DNA of 64,000 nucleotides from Octopus vulgaris. Its lineage: Eukaryota. The notes beneath the pieces were generated by a model that saw nothing but the letters and a program-made list of their open reading frames with translations, searched no databases and had not been told where the DNA came from. The translations under genes were made by a program, and so were the position numbers. Shown here one piece after another: positions 38,016-52,545 of the stretch; positions within the stretch are counted from its first letter, which is position 1; each line of letters starts with the position of its first letter. The stretch covers positions 88,040,001 to 88,104,000 of the forward strand of contig OX597817.1 of NCBI GenBank assembly GCA_951406725.2, written 5' to 3'.

Positions 38016-40176
38016 CTTTGGGGTGAGGGTTAGTAACCTAATAGGAAAATTTACTTAAATCATCCCAATATGACAAGATATAAATAGTGACAAAAAATTT
38101 AAATTATATGAAATGCTTAAAATCTTTAAAGAAAAGAAAAGAACAAAGAACAAATAGAAAAAGAAATAATTTAGTGTGAAAATTAAAGATAGTTACACCT
38201 CTTCTTAGAGTTGCTGGCTACATTAGTTACTGATAGCAATATAATTAGCTGACAAAATATAATTAGCTGACAAAAGTTATAGTAAAACCAAGCCTATTCA
38301 AATAAGAATTTGTACAAACATCTAAATCAAGTGACAATGGCTTTATATCTTGATTGACAAGTATTCTAAACCAAAATCTATTTTGATTCTCAAATTTCTT
38401 TAGCAATTCTTCAACAACTTTAGAGTTTGGGTAATTTAATCAATATTGTCTGCAGATCAAAAAGTATGGGTTTATTGAAAAATGTGTGAGTACCAGACTT
38501 TAATCAATATTAGTTACAGATTGAGGAAAATGGGTTTATAGAAATTGTTAGAAAACTGAACTAAATTTTAAGTATCATCCTTAACAGGTTGCTTTTCAAC
38601 ACCAAGTCAGCCTTGATATGGTAGACCTATAATAACAAGCTTTCCAGTTTCAATCATGTTTTTGTTTTCTTTTTAGCAAAACACATCTAAGACTACATTA
38701 GCCAATGTGTTCTTTCTTTTTAATATGGTATGATATGAAATGAGGGCAATTTGGTTACTATTTTTGGCATCTCAAAATGAGATAGAAGCTTCCACATTGG
38801 ATTGTCTCTATGAGACTTATAAAATAAGTACCAATAAACTGGAGATTTGATTCAATCAATCCTAGATCTCCCTTACAAAAGAAACCAATATCATCATATC
38901 TCAGTTGCTCAGGCTGCTACTCACTTTGTAACTTAACTTATTTTAATAAACATAGGCTTTGTTTTGGTTGTAACAATTTGATTCTGTCAAAAACTATAAT
39001 TTTATTGTTGTTACTGCTATTGTTGTGAATAATATATTACTGCAACAGATTCTACCCCATCTTAACTGAAGTAGGAGTAATATTGGTGGTGGTGGTAGTG
39101 GAAGTAGTTATTCTTGTGACCCTTTTGAGATATCAGAAACAAAATGTTAGTATGGCTAATACCAATAACATTGTATAAGAATAAACATTAGTTTTATTAT
39201 AGTTGCTGTTGTCTGTACTTTTAAACTAAAACCATTACATCCTAAAAACATCATCCTGTTATTACTAATCTGTTGAAATTCCTTCACACATATATAAATA
39301 TTAGTTTTTGTTATTGTTCTGAAGTTTTCTTCAGTTAGTCTTCTTTATCGAAATGATCCAATTGCATAATCCCATTTACACTACAGCTATGTCTGTAATT
39401 CTATTATTATAATGAATGTTTCCTTCTCTATCCAAACTAAATCAATAATTGTTCGAAATGTCTACATTGTATTAAAAAAATAATGGCAATATTTGTCGAT
39501 TCAGATACCAATATAATGTCAGTTTGAAAAAAAGAAAGGACCTTGATTGAATAATGATGGATTTCTTGTGACCTATAAAAGACTGATAGGATTTTCAAGG
39601 ATGATTGTATTTCAGTGAGTTTGTGGAACTTCCTACTAATCTGTGGGAGTACTACTACAAGCTAACAACACACTTGTTACTCAAGTGGTGCTACTGTTGA
39701 TTTACAGCAGTAAACTCTGTCTACAGACAGATTATCAATGACTCACTAATTTACTACAAACTCTGGCTCACATCTGTGTTGTCTCTTTTACATATATACT
39801 ATCTTAAAAGCTGCACTCTGCGTGGACTTTTAAGCTAGTTCCTGTGGAGGGCTAATTAAGCCTGTGACTCAAAACTAAAGAGAGCAATAATAATAAAGCA
39901 TCTATTAGTACCCTATCAATATGGTATTACTTTAAATTCAGTCTAAATTTAAAAAATGTAAGCACACAAGTTTTTGGAATTCTTTTAAAATTTGAATTTT
40001 CAACTGTTAGCATATAACAAATCCTCAAGACCTGATCCCAATGCTGGATATTCAAGAACCAAATGAAGGGCTGATTTTCAATTCCAAAATCATCATAACT
40101 CCATAAAGGTATGTGTCTATGTAAAGCAAACGTAGGCTGAAATACAGGGATCCCAGATGGATGGAGAGACAGAATT

Positions 40177-40223
<47 letters not shown>

Positions 40224-40364
40224 TGTTGTGAAAAGCTTTGTCAGTGAACAGGTTGTCGTTTCAAAGTGAAGAAAATATTTTGACAAAAATTCAATTTAAA
40301 TGTTGAAGTGAATCTAACGGTTTTTTGTGTGTTCTTAAATGGCTTACAAACATCTTCCATGCTG

Positions 40365-40397
<33 letters not shown>

Positions 40398-40799
40398 TAT
40401 ATATAATGCAGTTACTTCAAAAGGAGGGACAAGAGAAGAAAGTTGAGCACAACAACAACTCTGAAATGGAGATATTGAAGCAATGTCCCAACAACAAGAA
40501 AAGTGTTGAGGTTTAACTACCAAAACAAGACTAACAATGTTAGATTTTAAACTTGACCAAATAGAGGAAAATACTAGCAGAGATACCAGCCCCGATGTGA
40601 CAACAGTATTCCATACAAGTGTGAATGAGATATTTATAAAGACGAAGAATATATTCGGAGAAAAAAATGACAAACACAATCTCTCAATCTAAAGAACCAA
40701 CTGTCATGTAGCTGATTCAACAATTAGTTTAATATAATTATCTCAAAGAGTTTCCTGACTTAGAATGACATTCTAAATCAAGAAAAAAGGGATTTTTGT

Positions 40800-41185
40800 C
40801 TTTTTGATGTTGACTTTTAGGCTGAACCAAGTGTAAACATTGAAGTTATTCACCGATTGTTGAAGATATTAACTGGAGTGACAGACCACTGCATTGTCAT
40901 CAGCATAGTGAAATTCAATGATCTTTTGCTTCCTGGTCAGTCTTTGTGACTTCAATCTGGCAAAGCTGAAATATCCCTCATCATATCAATACCTAATGTT
41001 GACTTCTGGATTGTCCGAAGGTACAGGGAGAAGAGCATCAGGGCCAAAATGCATCCTTGTTCTAATCCTCCAATGATGGGGATGTCTTCAGACAATTGGT
41101 TTTGATGGAACATGGTTCCAGCCATACCATCATGTAATCCCTGTACTAGGGAAATGAATTGATCGGGGCAGCCGAAGCATAATTG
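40800..41185 (-). mobile_element. RTE-clade reverse transcriptase remnant
   Basis: FGCPDQFISLVQGLHDGM, GLEQGCIL and YADDNAVV motifs, degraded. Confidence 0.8.
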
Positions 41186-43018
41186 AACAATCTATAATCA
41201 AAGGCATTCTTCTCATGACCCTCTTGACCTTTTTTTTTTTAAGATATAATGTATCTAAGATTATATTATCCAAAGTATCCTTCTCTTTTTAAGATGGAAA
41301 GATGCAATTTGGCTGCTATTTCTAGCAAACAACCATGGAGATGCTGATACTAGTGACCCCACAGGGATTCTTTCACTGGCTTGTTACTAATATGAAAAGA
41401 ATAGCTTAGCATCCAATACCATTACCAACCAGCTGGTATTTTGCTTCTCTTCTACTATATATGTTTTTTTTTTGTTTTTTCAAGTGTCCCTCTTCTAGAA
41501 CAATAACAGATCTATTAAAAAGCTTTCCTTGTGGATTTGGAATTACAGATATCATAAAACTCCACAATATCTATAATGCTGAGATTTGTTTTGGCTCACA
41601 AATCTGGTCAAGCTTCTTATCACTCCATGGAATACAATATACAGAATCTACCAACATTTTCTGCTACTTTTAGGTCCTTTTTTCAAACACGGCTAGCAGA
41701 AGGGTAAGATAGCTGTATATAGTGTAGATATTTAGCACTAAATTAAATGAATTGTCAGTTAATTAAGTATAAAACTGCAAGAAAAGAATGAGAGAAAATG
41801 GATAAACAAAGCATGAATTGTTTATTGTTAAGTTCATGAATGAAAGAAAAATCAGTATGATGGGAGAGAAGTTGGCAGTAAACAGAAACAAAATGGTTTC
41901 AAAATAGATATTAGAGTAGATGCATTTTAGATTAAGTTGACTGGAAGCTTACTTTTTCAATTATAATGCTTAGTAATTTTATAAAAATAAATCAGATACT
42001 GAAACAGATAAAGAGAATGCCGACTAGAGCCTCTAACAAATGAAAATGTTATTTATAACATTTGAATGAACTACCAAAGTCCAATGCTGCAAAAAAAAAA
42101 AAACATTCTACAAATGGTTAGGATTTAAAATTAAGATTTTACACAATGTTTTGTTTTGCTTTGTTCTGTTTTGTCTTTTTTTTTATGTATATAAGTTCAC
42201 TTCCCAACCACAAGTTTTTTGAGTTCAGTATCACTGTGCAGCACCTAGAGGAAGTATCTTTTTCTGTAGCCCCAGGCTGACCAAAATCTTGTGAGTGGAT
42301 CATATATTGTGATATGAAAACAAACAAGCTGAAATATATTTTGTGTGTTCCAAAATGGGAAGCTGTCTTGGCAGCCTACAGATCTCAATTTATCCCAATT
42401 ACCAAGAAAAAGTGCCCTCATTTAGTCATGACCCTCAGTTTACAGTAACATACTCAAAATAGACTCAATCAACCATGCCATAGTTGTCATTCTCACTATC
42501 TTTCTGGCAGCAGGACTTCTAAGTGGTACCTGAGCAAATCAAGTGCTTGATTAGAGAAGGAAGACTCTGCTCTCAATTTTATCAATCTTATTCATCACCC
42601 TACTTCTTTTACTATAACCACCTGTTCTTCCTACTAAAAGAAAGTAGTTAGGCAATCTTCATTGATGGCCAGTTCTAACACTGATGGCTTTTTTTTTATC
42701 TTTTGCAAATAGGAAAATGAAATCAGAGAGAGAAAGAGAGCAGACTAGAAAGATTTTCAAAAAGTTGGGGTTTTTTTATGTAATAGACAATGTTGTGGTA
42801 TACTTTGAGAAAAGTGATGAATGCTAATGGCCTTTTCACTCACTTTAAACAGTTGTATCAAACAAGTCTTTACTTAATACTTCTGCAACAAAATCTTCAT
42901 AAGTTTTTTTTTAATGCATCTACAAGATTTATGTCAGTAATGAAAATATATTAGTTATTGAGCATTTTTAGTCATTTAAACTGTCAAGACTTGAACTAAT
43001 CCTATTTTAAGAATATGC

Positions 43019-43058
<40 letters not shown>

Positions 43059-43429
43059 TCTCTCAGTATGAAACCACAAAGTTTGTATGAGAAAGAGAGA
43101 TGAGGAATCAACTGAAGCCATACAGCAAAAAGGTTGGCTGGAGCTTCAATCATGTAGAGAAGAAACAAATTAAAAAGCTATTATAAAGCCATCGAGTCCT
43201 TTTCTGATAATCCACTAATAAAATTCCACATTTTATTCAATGAAGGAGCCTCAATCTGCAAAAGTTCGCAACTAAATCTCCCTTAAATAATATAATACCA
43301 TCTTAAAATGCAAATGATACATTCAGCAATGAAGTTCTGCCTGTAAGAAGGATGGTAATAGCCATGATTGGATAGTCTTTGAATGTTTACTCAGTCCAGG
43401 AATAATGACATGGAATAATATAGCAATAA

Positions 43430-44520
43430 TAACAATTGTATGAACACCTAGGTGTGGTTGTATGATGAGAAGCTTGCAAAAGGGCAAAGAAATTTTGTTT
43501 CTTCTCACATATTGTGGGAAGAGATTGACAAGAGCTTGGGTCTGCGGATTGCCACCCGGGATAAAATCTGAGTGGATAGAGGAGACTATACGCTGGGGTC
43601 TGGGTGGCAGCGGAGCCAAGCTTCTTAATGTGAAAGTTTTTCCTGTGGCTGATCAGGTTGGGTCAAAAGCTGTTTTGACCCTTTGGACCAATTAGCCAAT
43701 CTGGTTTTTTCAGATTTTTAGAAAATGGCCGGGTGCAGGTACCCGGTGATTCTTGAGGGTCACCCCCACCCCCCACCCCCACCCAGGTGTCATCGGTGCC
43801 TGGAGCCTGGCCATATAAAGAAAAACTGTCCCCAGGAACAAAGTAAGGTTCTGGTGCAGTTGATTGAGACCTCTGTAGAAGAGGGAATGAAGGCAGCCAA
43901 AGAGGCGGAGGACTCCTCAAAGAAGGGCCGCAAGAGGAAGAAGGTGAGCAACAATGGGTGCTCAACGAAGGATCTTAGGGATGAGGAAAGGGAGGTGAAT
44001 CTCCCGGTCATGGAGGAGACACACCCTCCCTCAGTTGTAAAGAAAAAAAGAGGAAGAGGAAGGGAAACAGGACATTGCCGGCAGTCGGTGACATAGTACC
44101 GGAACCTCATCGGTAGGGGTTGTGCCACCAGCAGGGGAAGAGACACCGTTGGCAAGAATTGTGCCGCCAACAGTAGAATTGACTATCCTGCCCCCGGAGG
44201 AAGATGAATTATTGGTCTTCTTCTATAGAGGCGGAGAGGTAGAAAAGGTGGCGGAAAAGCACCATAAGGGTGCACACCTTTAGCCTGCACACAGGATCCC
44301 GAACGGCCTCTACAGATAGCTGTGGAGGTCATAACATTGCCCATGATGCATAGGCTGCAGGGACTCAATGTGGAATATCATTTGTAGCAGGGTGACGCTG
44401 ATACGGCACCTGGTTTGATCTTGTATGAGGCGTAGGTGATGGCAGAGAAATTTGGGCACAAGCAATGTTGAGGAGGAATAGTGATAAGAGGTTGAAAAGC
44501 CTCAGTGTTATTGGAAGTTC
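43430..44520 (+). mobile_element. Non-LTR ORF1 (L1/Tx1-like) remnant with CCHC zinc knuckle
   Basis: TRAWVCGLPPGI, PVILEG..PRCHRCLEPGHIKKNCP (CX2CX4HX4C) and a basic tail. GC-richer than the flanks and frameshifted. Confidence 0.7.
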
Positions 44521-45689
44521 CGAGTTTGGAAAGAAAGGTAAGAGGCTTAGCGTCTCATTTTGTTATTGAATTTTTATTGAATATTGTGAACAGTGTTGAG
44601 GTTTATTGCCTCATAAACAATAAAGATTGATAAGAGGTTTAGCGCCTCAATTGATGTTAATGTTAGAGGTTCATTACCTCATTTGTGTTGTTGTTTTTTT
44701 GTTTTTAAAAGTAAAAAAGAAAACAGAAAAAGGAAAAAGAATAATGTTATCAAGGGGCTTTGATCGGCGGGTGTCGATTTGCCTCTCTCATAAATATATT
44801 TATGTCGTTTATCATTTCATCTCATGTTATTGTCCAGCCCACACTTGCTTCTATCTTTGTAATGCTTTTATGGCAAATCTGATAAAATAAAGAAGCTTGC
44901 TCCCCAACTGCATGGTTCTGGGTTCAGTCCTACTGCATGGCACCTTGGGCAAATGCCTTCTACTACAGCCTCAGGCCAACCAAAGACTGGTGAGTGAATT
45001 TGGTAGATGGAAACTGAAAGAAGCCCGTCGTATGTGTGTGTGTGTTTTCATGCCTGTGTTTGCCCCCTACTGCTTGACAACCAGTGTGGTGTACTTACGT
45101 CCCTGTAACTTAGTTCCACAAAAGAGAGTAATAGAATAAATACCAGGCTTTAAAAAAAAAGCATTGGTGTTCATTTGCTTGACTAAAACCCTTCAAGGCA
45201 GTGCTCCAACATGGCCACAGTCAAATGACTGAAACAAGTAAAAGATGGAAGATAAACAAGTGGATGCACCATTTTCATCAGCAACTAATAACAAGCTTGA
45301 GCACACAAACCAGCCACTACTGCAACAACTACTACTACTACCACTACTAATGTATAATTTATCAAGTCATTGTGCCATTTATAACACCATCCCTCCACCC
45401 ACTGTCATATTGCTGTTGTCGAGGAGACAACCAGAAAAGGTTCAACTGCTGTTGTCATGGTATTATCTGACAGAGACCACTCTATAAACATGAGGGAAGG
45501 AGAACTGTAACAAACTTAATATATATAGGCCTGCAAACCTTTGCTTGTCTATGAAATTACCTTCACAAAAATAATGACATAACTAAGCTATATACATTTT
45601 GACATACTGCTCTAATTAGTTTTAAATTACAAGAACAATCTAAGCTTCGTGAAGTGGTTAATTATAAATTTAAATTTATATATTATATA

Positions 45690-45905
45690 CAGTAATCCCT
45701 CACCATATCATGGGTCACCTATCATGGTTTATTAAAACTTACGTCAATTCTTCCATGGTGATATTTTGCATTCATAAGCTAAATATATACAAATTATAAA
45801 AATAATTTTAAAAATATACAATACAGTACTGTTTCTACTTCACAGATTTTCACCTATCGCAGGGGGTTTTGGAACGTAACACCTGCGATAGTCAAGGGAT
45901 TACTG
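45690..45905. mobile_element. Tigger/pogo-type MITE
   Basis: TA|CAGTAATCCCT...AGGGATTACTG|TA. Confidence 0.8.
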
Positions 45906-46203
45906 TACACGTGTATGCACACACATATGTATAAATACATGTTGATAAACATACATATACACACCTATCATGCATTTATATTCACCTACATACATATATA
46001 AATCTACACACACATGTAAATGTTGAAGGATAAAAATGAGTGCTCAACATTGCATTGGTGGATAGACTTTCTTTATTTGTGAATAAAGGCCACCATTGGT
46101 TTCATGTTATGAAAAATATCTTAATGTCTTAACAATTTTTCAAACCGATCATATGGAGGAATGGTGTTCGTCTCCATTTTGGATAAACACACACACACAT
46201 ATC

Positions 46204-46251
<48 letters not shown>

Positions 46252-46622
46252 AGAGTTAAGGAATGGAGTAGATAAGATCCAGGCTACATATGCCTCAAAA
46301 GAGGCAAGCAAGGTGTATACCACAGGCCAAAGGTATCTTAATTAAATGAAGGTTTACATTGTCACAAGGAGGTACGTGTTAACACATGGAAGATTCAAAT
46401 ATAAATATATATATAGAATATATATAATCTTCACTGACTGAATTTACTGGATTTCAATGGCATAGGACTCTACATTACAATCCTATGTACTGTACAACAT
46501 GGTTTGTAGCCTGGGCCACTAAAAGAACTCTTTTTGTGATTACCACCAGATTATATAAATCTACATATATATATATATTAATATATATATATATATATAA
46601 TATAAATATACACACACATATA

Positions 46623-47487
46623 CAGTAGCACCTTGGTTTTCAAACAACTCTGATCACGAATAAGACATGCTTTATCTCCTGCCTTTGTTATATTCATTTA
46701 ATACCTCAGTATACGAATCCTTTGTTAATACCTTTGTTATATTCATTTAATACCTCAGTATACGAATCCCTCTGATCACAAATAAATTGTGCTATATATA
46801 TATATATATATATATCACAAATAAATCATGCGTTCTTTTTATATATAAATTTGACGTGGGTGATTCTTTCTTGTCTTGGGATTCACAGTAAATGGCTGGG
46901 TGAAATTGCATGAAAAATTACACAGATGTGTAGAATGATCCAGTTGTGTTGCTGGACTTTGTATTTTTTCATAGCTCCCACGGTTACCGAGATAATCTAC
47001 TATAATAATACTCTTGTGTTTATGAATGAGAAAGGAAGGGGTGATGTCATACTTGGTAGTGGGATGATGAAAATTGTACGCAGAAAAAAATAAACCAAAC
47101 AGCATTTCAACTTTGTGTAAATATATGTGTATGTAAAAGTGGAGTATGTGAATGTGTGTGTGTGTGCGCAAAGGAAGTGGGATGGTTCATCTTTGTTCGC
47201 TTAATATTTGGACTTATTTTTTTATTTGTTTTTTTTTGTTTTACTTTTGTTTTGTTGTTGGTCAGTTATTTTTAGCATTTTGACAGAAAAAAGTCCTTCT
47301 AAACTTGATTTTTCATTGTAAGTATGCCCAAACAAGTTGAATGCTTACGCAGAGCAGGTTTTACAGCTACATCATCCAATCCGACCAGGTGAAACTGGGC
47401 TTAGCTGCTAGTATATATATATATATATATTTATATAAAGCACAATTTATTCGTGATCAGAGTTGTTTGATAACCGAGGCACTACTG
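46623..47487. mobile_element. Tigger/pogo-type MITE with a probable nested Helitron (~46834-47411)
   Basis: ~40-bp TIRs TA|CAGTAGCACCTTGGTT.../...AACCGAGGCACTACTG|TA. Internal segment runs TCTTTTTATATATAAA...CCAGGTGAAACTGG..CTAG|T. Confidence 0.7.
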
Positions 47488-47599
47488 TATATACATACAC
47501 ACACACATATATATTATTGGATAATAAAACAAATGATTTACACCTGGTAGCTTACTGGTAGAGCACAGTCACTTTCACAGTGATCGTTATGTATATAGT

Positions 47600-49400
47600 A
47601 AATGAAAGACAGAAGATAGAATATACGAGAATTTATTATTAATCACAACAATTGTTTCAACACATCAAGTATCGATCCCTCATGGGTGGGACACTCAACA
47701 ACTGGTTCAGGAGCATCTGGCAGTGCAAATGTGCCTCATCGGGTGATAAACAGACACAACTAATTAAAATAACAGTTCCGCAATATATCTTCTCATTTTG
47801 TAGAAAGAAAAGCAGCAAAACAAAGGAAATATTTTCATTTACATCGAACAAAAATAAAATTACCGATGCAAAAACGAAACAAACACACAGTATAGCAAGA
47901 AAAATATTTAAAATAATTGTTAACAAATGTGGATGTAAAAACGACCTCACACAAGCTGCATGGTGTGTGTACACTTGTTCAAACAAGCATCCATGAAAAT
48001 GTAAGCATAAGCACGTGTATGATTTGGTGTACTCACGATCACAAAGTGAGTTAAACATCTACTTGGTGTTTATAAGAATGGGGCGCCTGACTGGCTCCCA
48101 TGCCGGTGACACATAAAAAGCACCATTCAAGTGTGATCGATACCAGTACCACCTGACTGGCCCATGCTGGTGGCACGTAAAAAGCACCCACTACACTCTT
48201 GGAGTGGTTGGCGTTAGAAAGGGCATCCAACTGTAGAAACCTTGTCAAATCAGATTGGAACCTGGTGCAGCCACCTGGCTTGGCAGTCTGCAGTCAAACC
48301 ATCCAACCCATGCCAGCATGGAAAGTAGATGTTAAAAGATGATGATGATGATGGGGAAGTTAAAAGTAAACTTAATTCATCCATACCTTAAAGTAAATTA
48401 TGCTAACAGTTACACTAATTCATTCCCACTGCATTGTGCAAAAGTACACATGCATGTAGGCATATTGAGAGTCTTTCAGAAATTCTATTAATGGTCTTCT
48501 CACTAGTCCACAGAATAGACAAGGATTCCTCGGAGCAGAGACGGCATCTCCTGGAAATGATATTGTATGGTTTTGCATGCCTTGCTATGGACCAATTTTA
48601 CTTAATTTTATTCTCCTTTAATCGCCATACAAAATCATCTAAAAGATGCTGAATGTCTCTTATTGATTGTCTTAAAGCTGGCAACATGGTTATGATAACG
48701 ATTCTTAAATGAATCAGCTGTCTGCCCAATGTAAACATGAGCATTTATCATATTTATTTGTATATAAGGCAGTTCCAGCAATATTTTCAGATGTTGTTAC
48801 TGTGTTAGCTCTATCATAAGCATTTCTACTACTACAATTTGGCCGTAATTGATGTTTTTCATTGCGGTTTACATCTCCTTTGTTCATAATTAAATGCGTA
48901 TGTTCGCTAGATCCAGTAGGTGGGTTATTGAACCTTTGTCGCATTTTATTCTTGTTTATGTGATGCATAAGCTGCTCTAAATTAGCAGAGTTAATGTAGG
49001 ATACCTTCACAGTGTGCTGATTAAAACTAGCATATTACTGATTAGAATTAGGGAAACATTTGTCCAAAGTGGCAAAAAATTTTCCACCAATCTTGGTTGA
49101 AACATGCCAACCAAAAATTGGGTTGAATCTGATTCCTATATCTGTTGTTAGGCTTATTTGATTGAGTATGTTGTACAGGATTGGAACAATTTACAGTGTT
49201 ACAAGCAGTTGGGTTATTATGTCGCATGCGTCTATGAGTTTTTGTTGATAGTTCATTCTCTTGACCAATTCTTCCTGGCCTGTATTCTCTATCTGAGTGA
49301 GTTCTCAACCGTGACATTGTGATGGTGTGCAATATGTATTACAATAGGAGGAATTACTGTTGTAGTGTATGCCTGCTTCTTCTATATATTGAATTTTTTC
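47600..49400 (-). mobile_element. Penelope-like element remnants (GIY-YIG), interrupted by an RTE-tail repeat at ~48075-48352
   Basis: Minus strand reads FKNRYHNHVASF..FVWRLKENK..WSIARHAKPYN..CRLCSEE..INRISE..CLH; hammerhead-like end at 47644-47688. Confidence 0.78.
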
Positions 49401-50329
49401 ACAGTACCCAACCCTAGCTAAAGCAGTATTATAATAAGTCGCATGTGATTCGAAAATTTTATTATTAGCGGATAATCTATTATTGGCTTATAAAATGGTT
49501 CAAATAATCCAGTATCAAGATAGAAGGTAAAGTCAAGAAAAATTTACTCTATGATAATCTTCTCCCATAGTAATGTTTAGTCCTAAATTTTTTTTTAAAT
49601 CTAAAGAAATTTTTCCAGTGCCTTTCTAATTGTTATTACTACTACTACTACTATCCTGCTGCTCTTCAACACTTTCTGCACTGTCAATTTTCACCTACTC
49701 TCACTTACATTCTACCTGACTCATATGCATCATCAATTATACCTCCACTCTTGTCTACCATTCACTATATCCATTCCCTCAACCCAATTTCTATAAACAT
49801 TACTTTTCGTTACCTTCCCTCCTACATATTTATTATTGGTCAACCCTCAACTTCTGTCTTTCACTCATCATATCTGTCTCCTCACTGTCCCCATCACTAA
49901 CCATTCTTCACTATTGTCATACCATCTTGCAACCCCTACCCACCTACACTCCCAGTTCATCTATCTCTACTCACCTCTATTTACTTTCTTGTACCTTCAG
50001 GGTCCACCTTGACATGTCATCACCACTATTTTATCTCTTTTTCCAGCTCTACCTCAATTACTACCATCTACACTTCTATAATGTATGTAGCGACATAGTT
50101 CCCTTACAACAAGAAACCTTATCTATTCTGGTCATGTCTTTCATCATTTAATTTTTCATGTCCTAGCATAAAAATAAAGTCACCACCCACTCATCTGTTG
50201 CCCCACTCAGCTGAAGGAGGTCTTAGTCTTGAAAGGGGATCTTAGTCTTATTAATGGCTGCACCATGTGGCTAATGTTAGGAAGGGTCTCCAACCCAAAC
50301 AGACATTATAACATGACTCATCAACAGTC

Positions 50330-50975
50330 TCTACAATAATACTATCACTCAGATTTTATCACCTGGAATACAGATTTCTTTCAGATCCTAGCAGGAGTAC
50401 TACAAGGTGACACTCTTGCACTTCCCCTTAGACTTCTCATTATGAAATCCAACATCAAATGCAGAAAGAAAATAAATTTCTGAATAATATCTCGGAAAAA
50501 AAAAAGAGAGAGCAGACATCATTTTTGCAGCTATTAATACTGATACAATTTATACAGATGATATAGTTCTTAGTTATGATACTATTAAAGAATCTCAACT
50601 ACAACAGGTTGAGGAAGTTTCAAAATAGATAGAACAACACATCAATAACAATAAGACTGAGTTTACAGTTTTCAATCAACCGAAAGAACACATTATATTG
50701 TCAAAGGATGCAATTTTGGAATGTGTAAATGACAGAAAACTGGGATCGTGACTAGAAAGCTCAGAAAGATGATAAAGTAAGAACTGAATTGAAATTTTTA
50801 GCAATGAACAAGATGTCTTGCAATATGTGAGTTAAATCTATCAAATGACCTGAAAATACAATTCTCTAGAGCTGCACGAGAAAGCATATTGGTGTATAGA
50901 TTTGAATACTGGACACTTACAAAAGTAATGAAAAGTGAAGTAAGTGGAATGTACACCAAAACATTAAGAAGGTTG
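50330..50975 (+). mobile_element. Degraded RTE-like reverse transcriptase remnant
   Basis: TDFFQILAGVLQGDTLA and YTDDI motifs, many stops. Confidence 0.75.
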
Positions 50976-51289
50976 AAAAGATGATGAAGAACAGGGAAGT
51001 GTGGAAAAGACTAGTTAAGGGATCCAAGTGCACTTGACATGATGCATAAGACATGACATTGTGTGCGTGCATGCGTGTGTGCGTGCGTGTAATGATGGCA
51101 GTGAGGAGGACATAATAAGAATCCCAATTGGACAGGGCAACTGATAATGCCGAATATCAATAATAGATACAGAATATAATTGCGAGGAGGTTTTCAAGAA
51201 CCCACAAGGCCTGAATATTCATTTTATAAATATTCATAAAATGCATGGAGATGACACAAGTGCTATAATGCACAGGAACCAATCTTCGA

Positions 51290-52545
51290 TGAAAGAGGAG
51301 CCAGGCCCAGAGTCAACCTAGTTTTTGAGACCTCCAGGCTCCAAACTATACAAAGTAACAGAACATCATGAGGTAAACTGGTTGCAATCTAACAAGCAGG
51401 AAGAGTGATGACAGTTTGAAAAGGATGTTAACTACACCTTGGAAGCAAAAGCCAATCATTGCTCCCAAACAATGACAACCATTATCATCAGTCTAGTGAG
51501 TGAGAGGTTAGAAGTGGAAGAGAAGGAAACAGTGAAACCACTCTATGTTAAGAGTAACAGGATTAGTAAAATCCATCACTTAAGTGGCATAGAAGATGGC
51601 AGAAAGAGAGAGAGAGAAAGTGAGCTGCCTTGCAAGCAACTGCACAGGGATTTATGAAACAGCTGCTGGGGAAGCACAATGGTCAATTTATCTTCCCTAA
51701 AAGTTAAGATCAACACTCAGCTTAGAGTCACCTGCAGTGATGATTCCAGGGATTGTGACTACAGACACTCCAAGTCCTTTATTTGTCCGTCTGCACCAAC
51801 TAGGGAATTTGATGGAAAGGAGTTCAGCTAGAAAGATACTCAGCAGGTGATCAAGAAGGCAAGAACTGGTTCAGCCCCAAGACCAAGTGAAATACCTTAC
51901 ATGGCAAATAAGAACTGCTTGAGTATTCTCCACATATTTAGTAATTAGGATCCTGAGGTTGATTTAGAGAAGAGGCAAGGCAGCACAGCTGTGGAGATAT
52001 ATAGAAGGAGTGTGGATTCCAAAGGAAGTCCACCAGGTGGTCAAGAAGGCATGAGATGGTCCAGCCCTATGACCAAGTGAAATACCTTGCGAACTGCCTG
52101 AGTGTGCTCCACATATTTGGATAGTTAGGATCCTGAGGTTGATTTGGAGTAGAGGCAAGGTGACACAGCTGTGGAGATATACAGGAGTATGGATTCCAAA
52201 GGGGAAAGCATCAAAGATTGTTAGTTGGTTTAGAATAATCTCACTACTCTGTGTGGAGAGGAAAGATATTCTTCAATATTGTTTCAAAGAGCCTGACAGA
52301 CTACCTCCTAAGAAACAACAACATCAAAGACCTCAGTTCAGAAAGAAGGTACCCTAAAGGTATTTGGGTGTCTGAAACATTTAGTTATGATCATCTGGTT
52401 ACCCAGTTAATCAGGGAAGCTCAAGAGTATAAAAAGGATCTGACAGTGTTGTAGCTAGATCTGATAAATGATAAACTGGTTGAAGAGGTTATGAACAGGC
52501 ACTGTGACCTAGATATGTTCAGAAACCTCATATTGCACTATTGTT
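51290..52545 (+). mobile_element. RLE-type non-LTR (HERO/NeSL-like) RT remnant with an internal ~185-bp duplication
   Basis: SAPRPSEIPY, GVWIPK, FRIISLLCVERKIFF, TSVQK and LDL motifs. 51845-52027 is repeated at 52033-52203. Confidence 0.7.

Noticed and set aside
43430-44520. Nested host gene or LTR gag
   Set aside because: It is frameshifted, with no LTRs, PBS or splice structure seen; a decayed non-LTR ORF1 explains it better.
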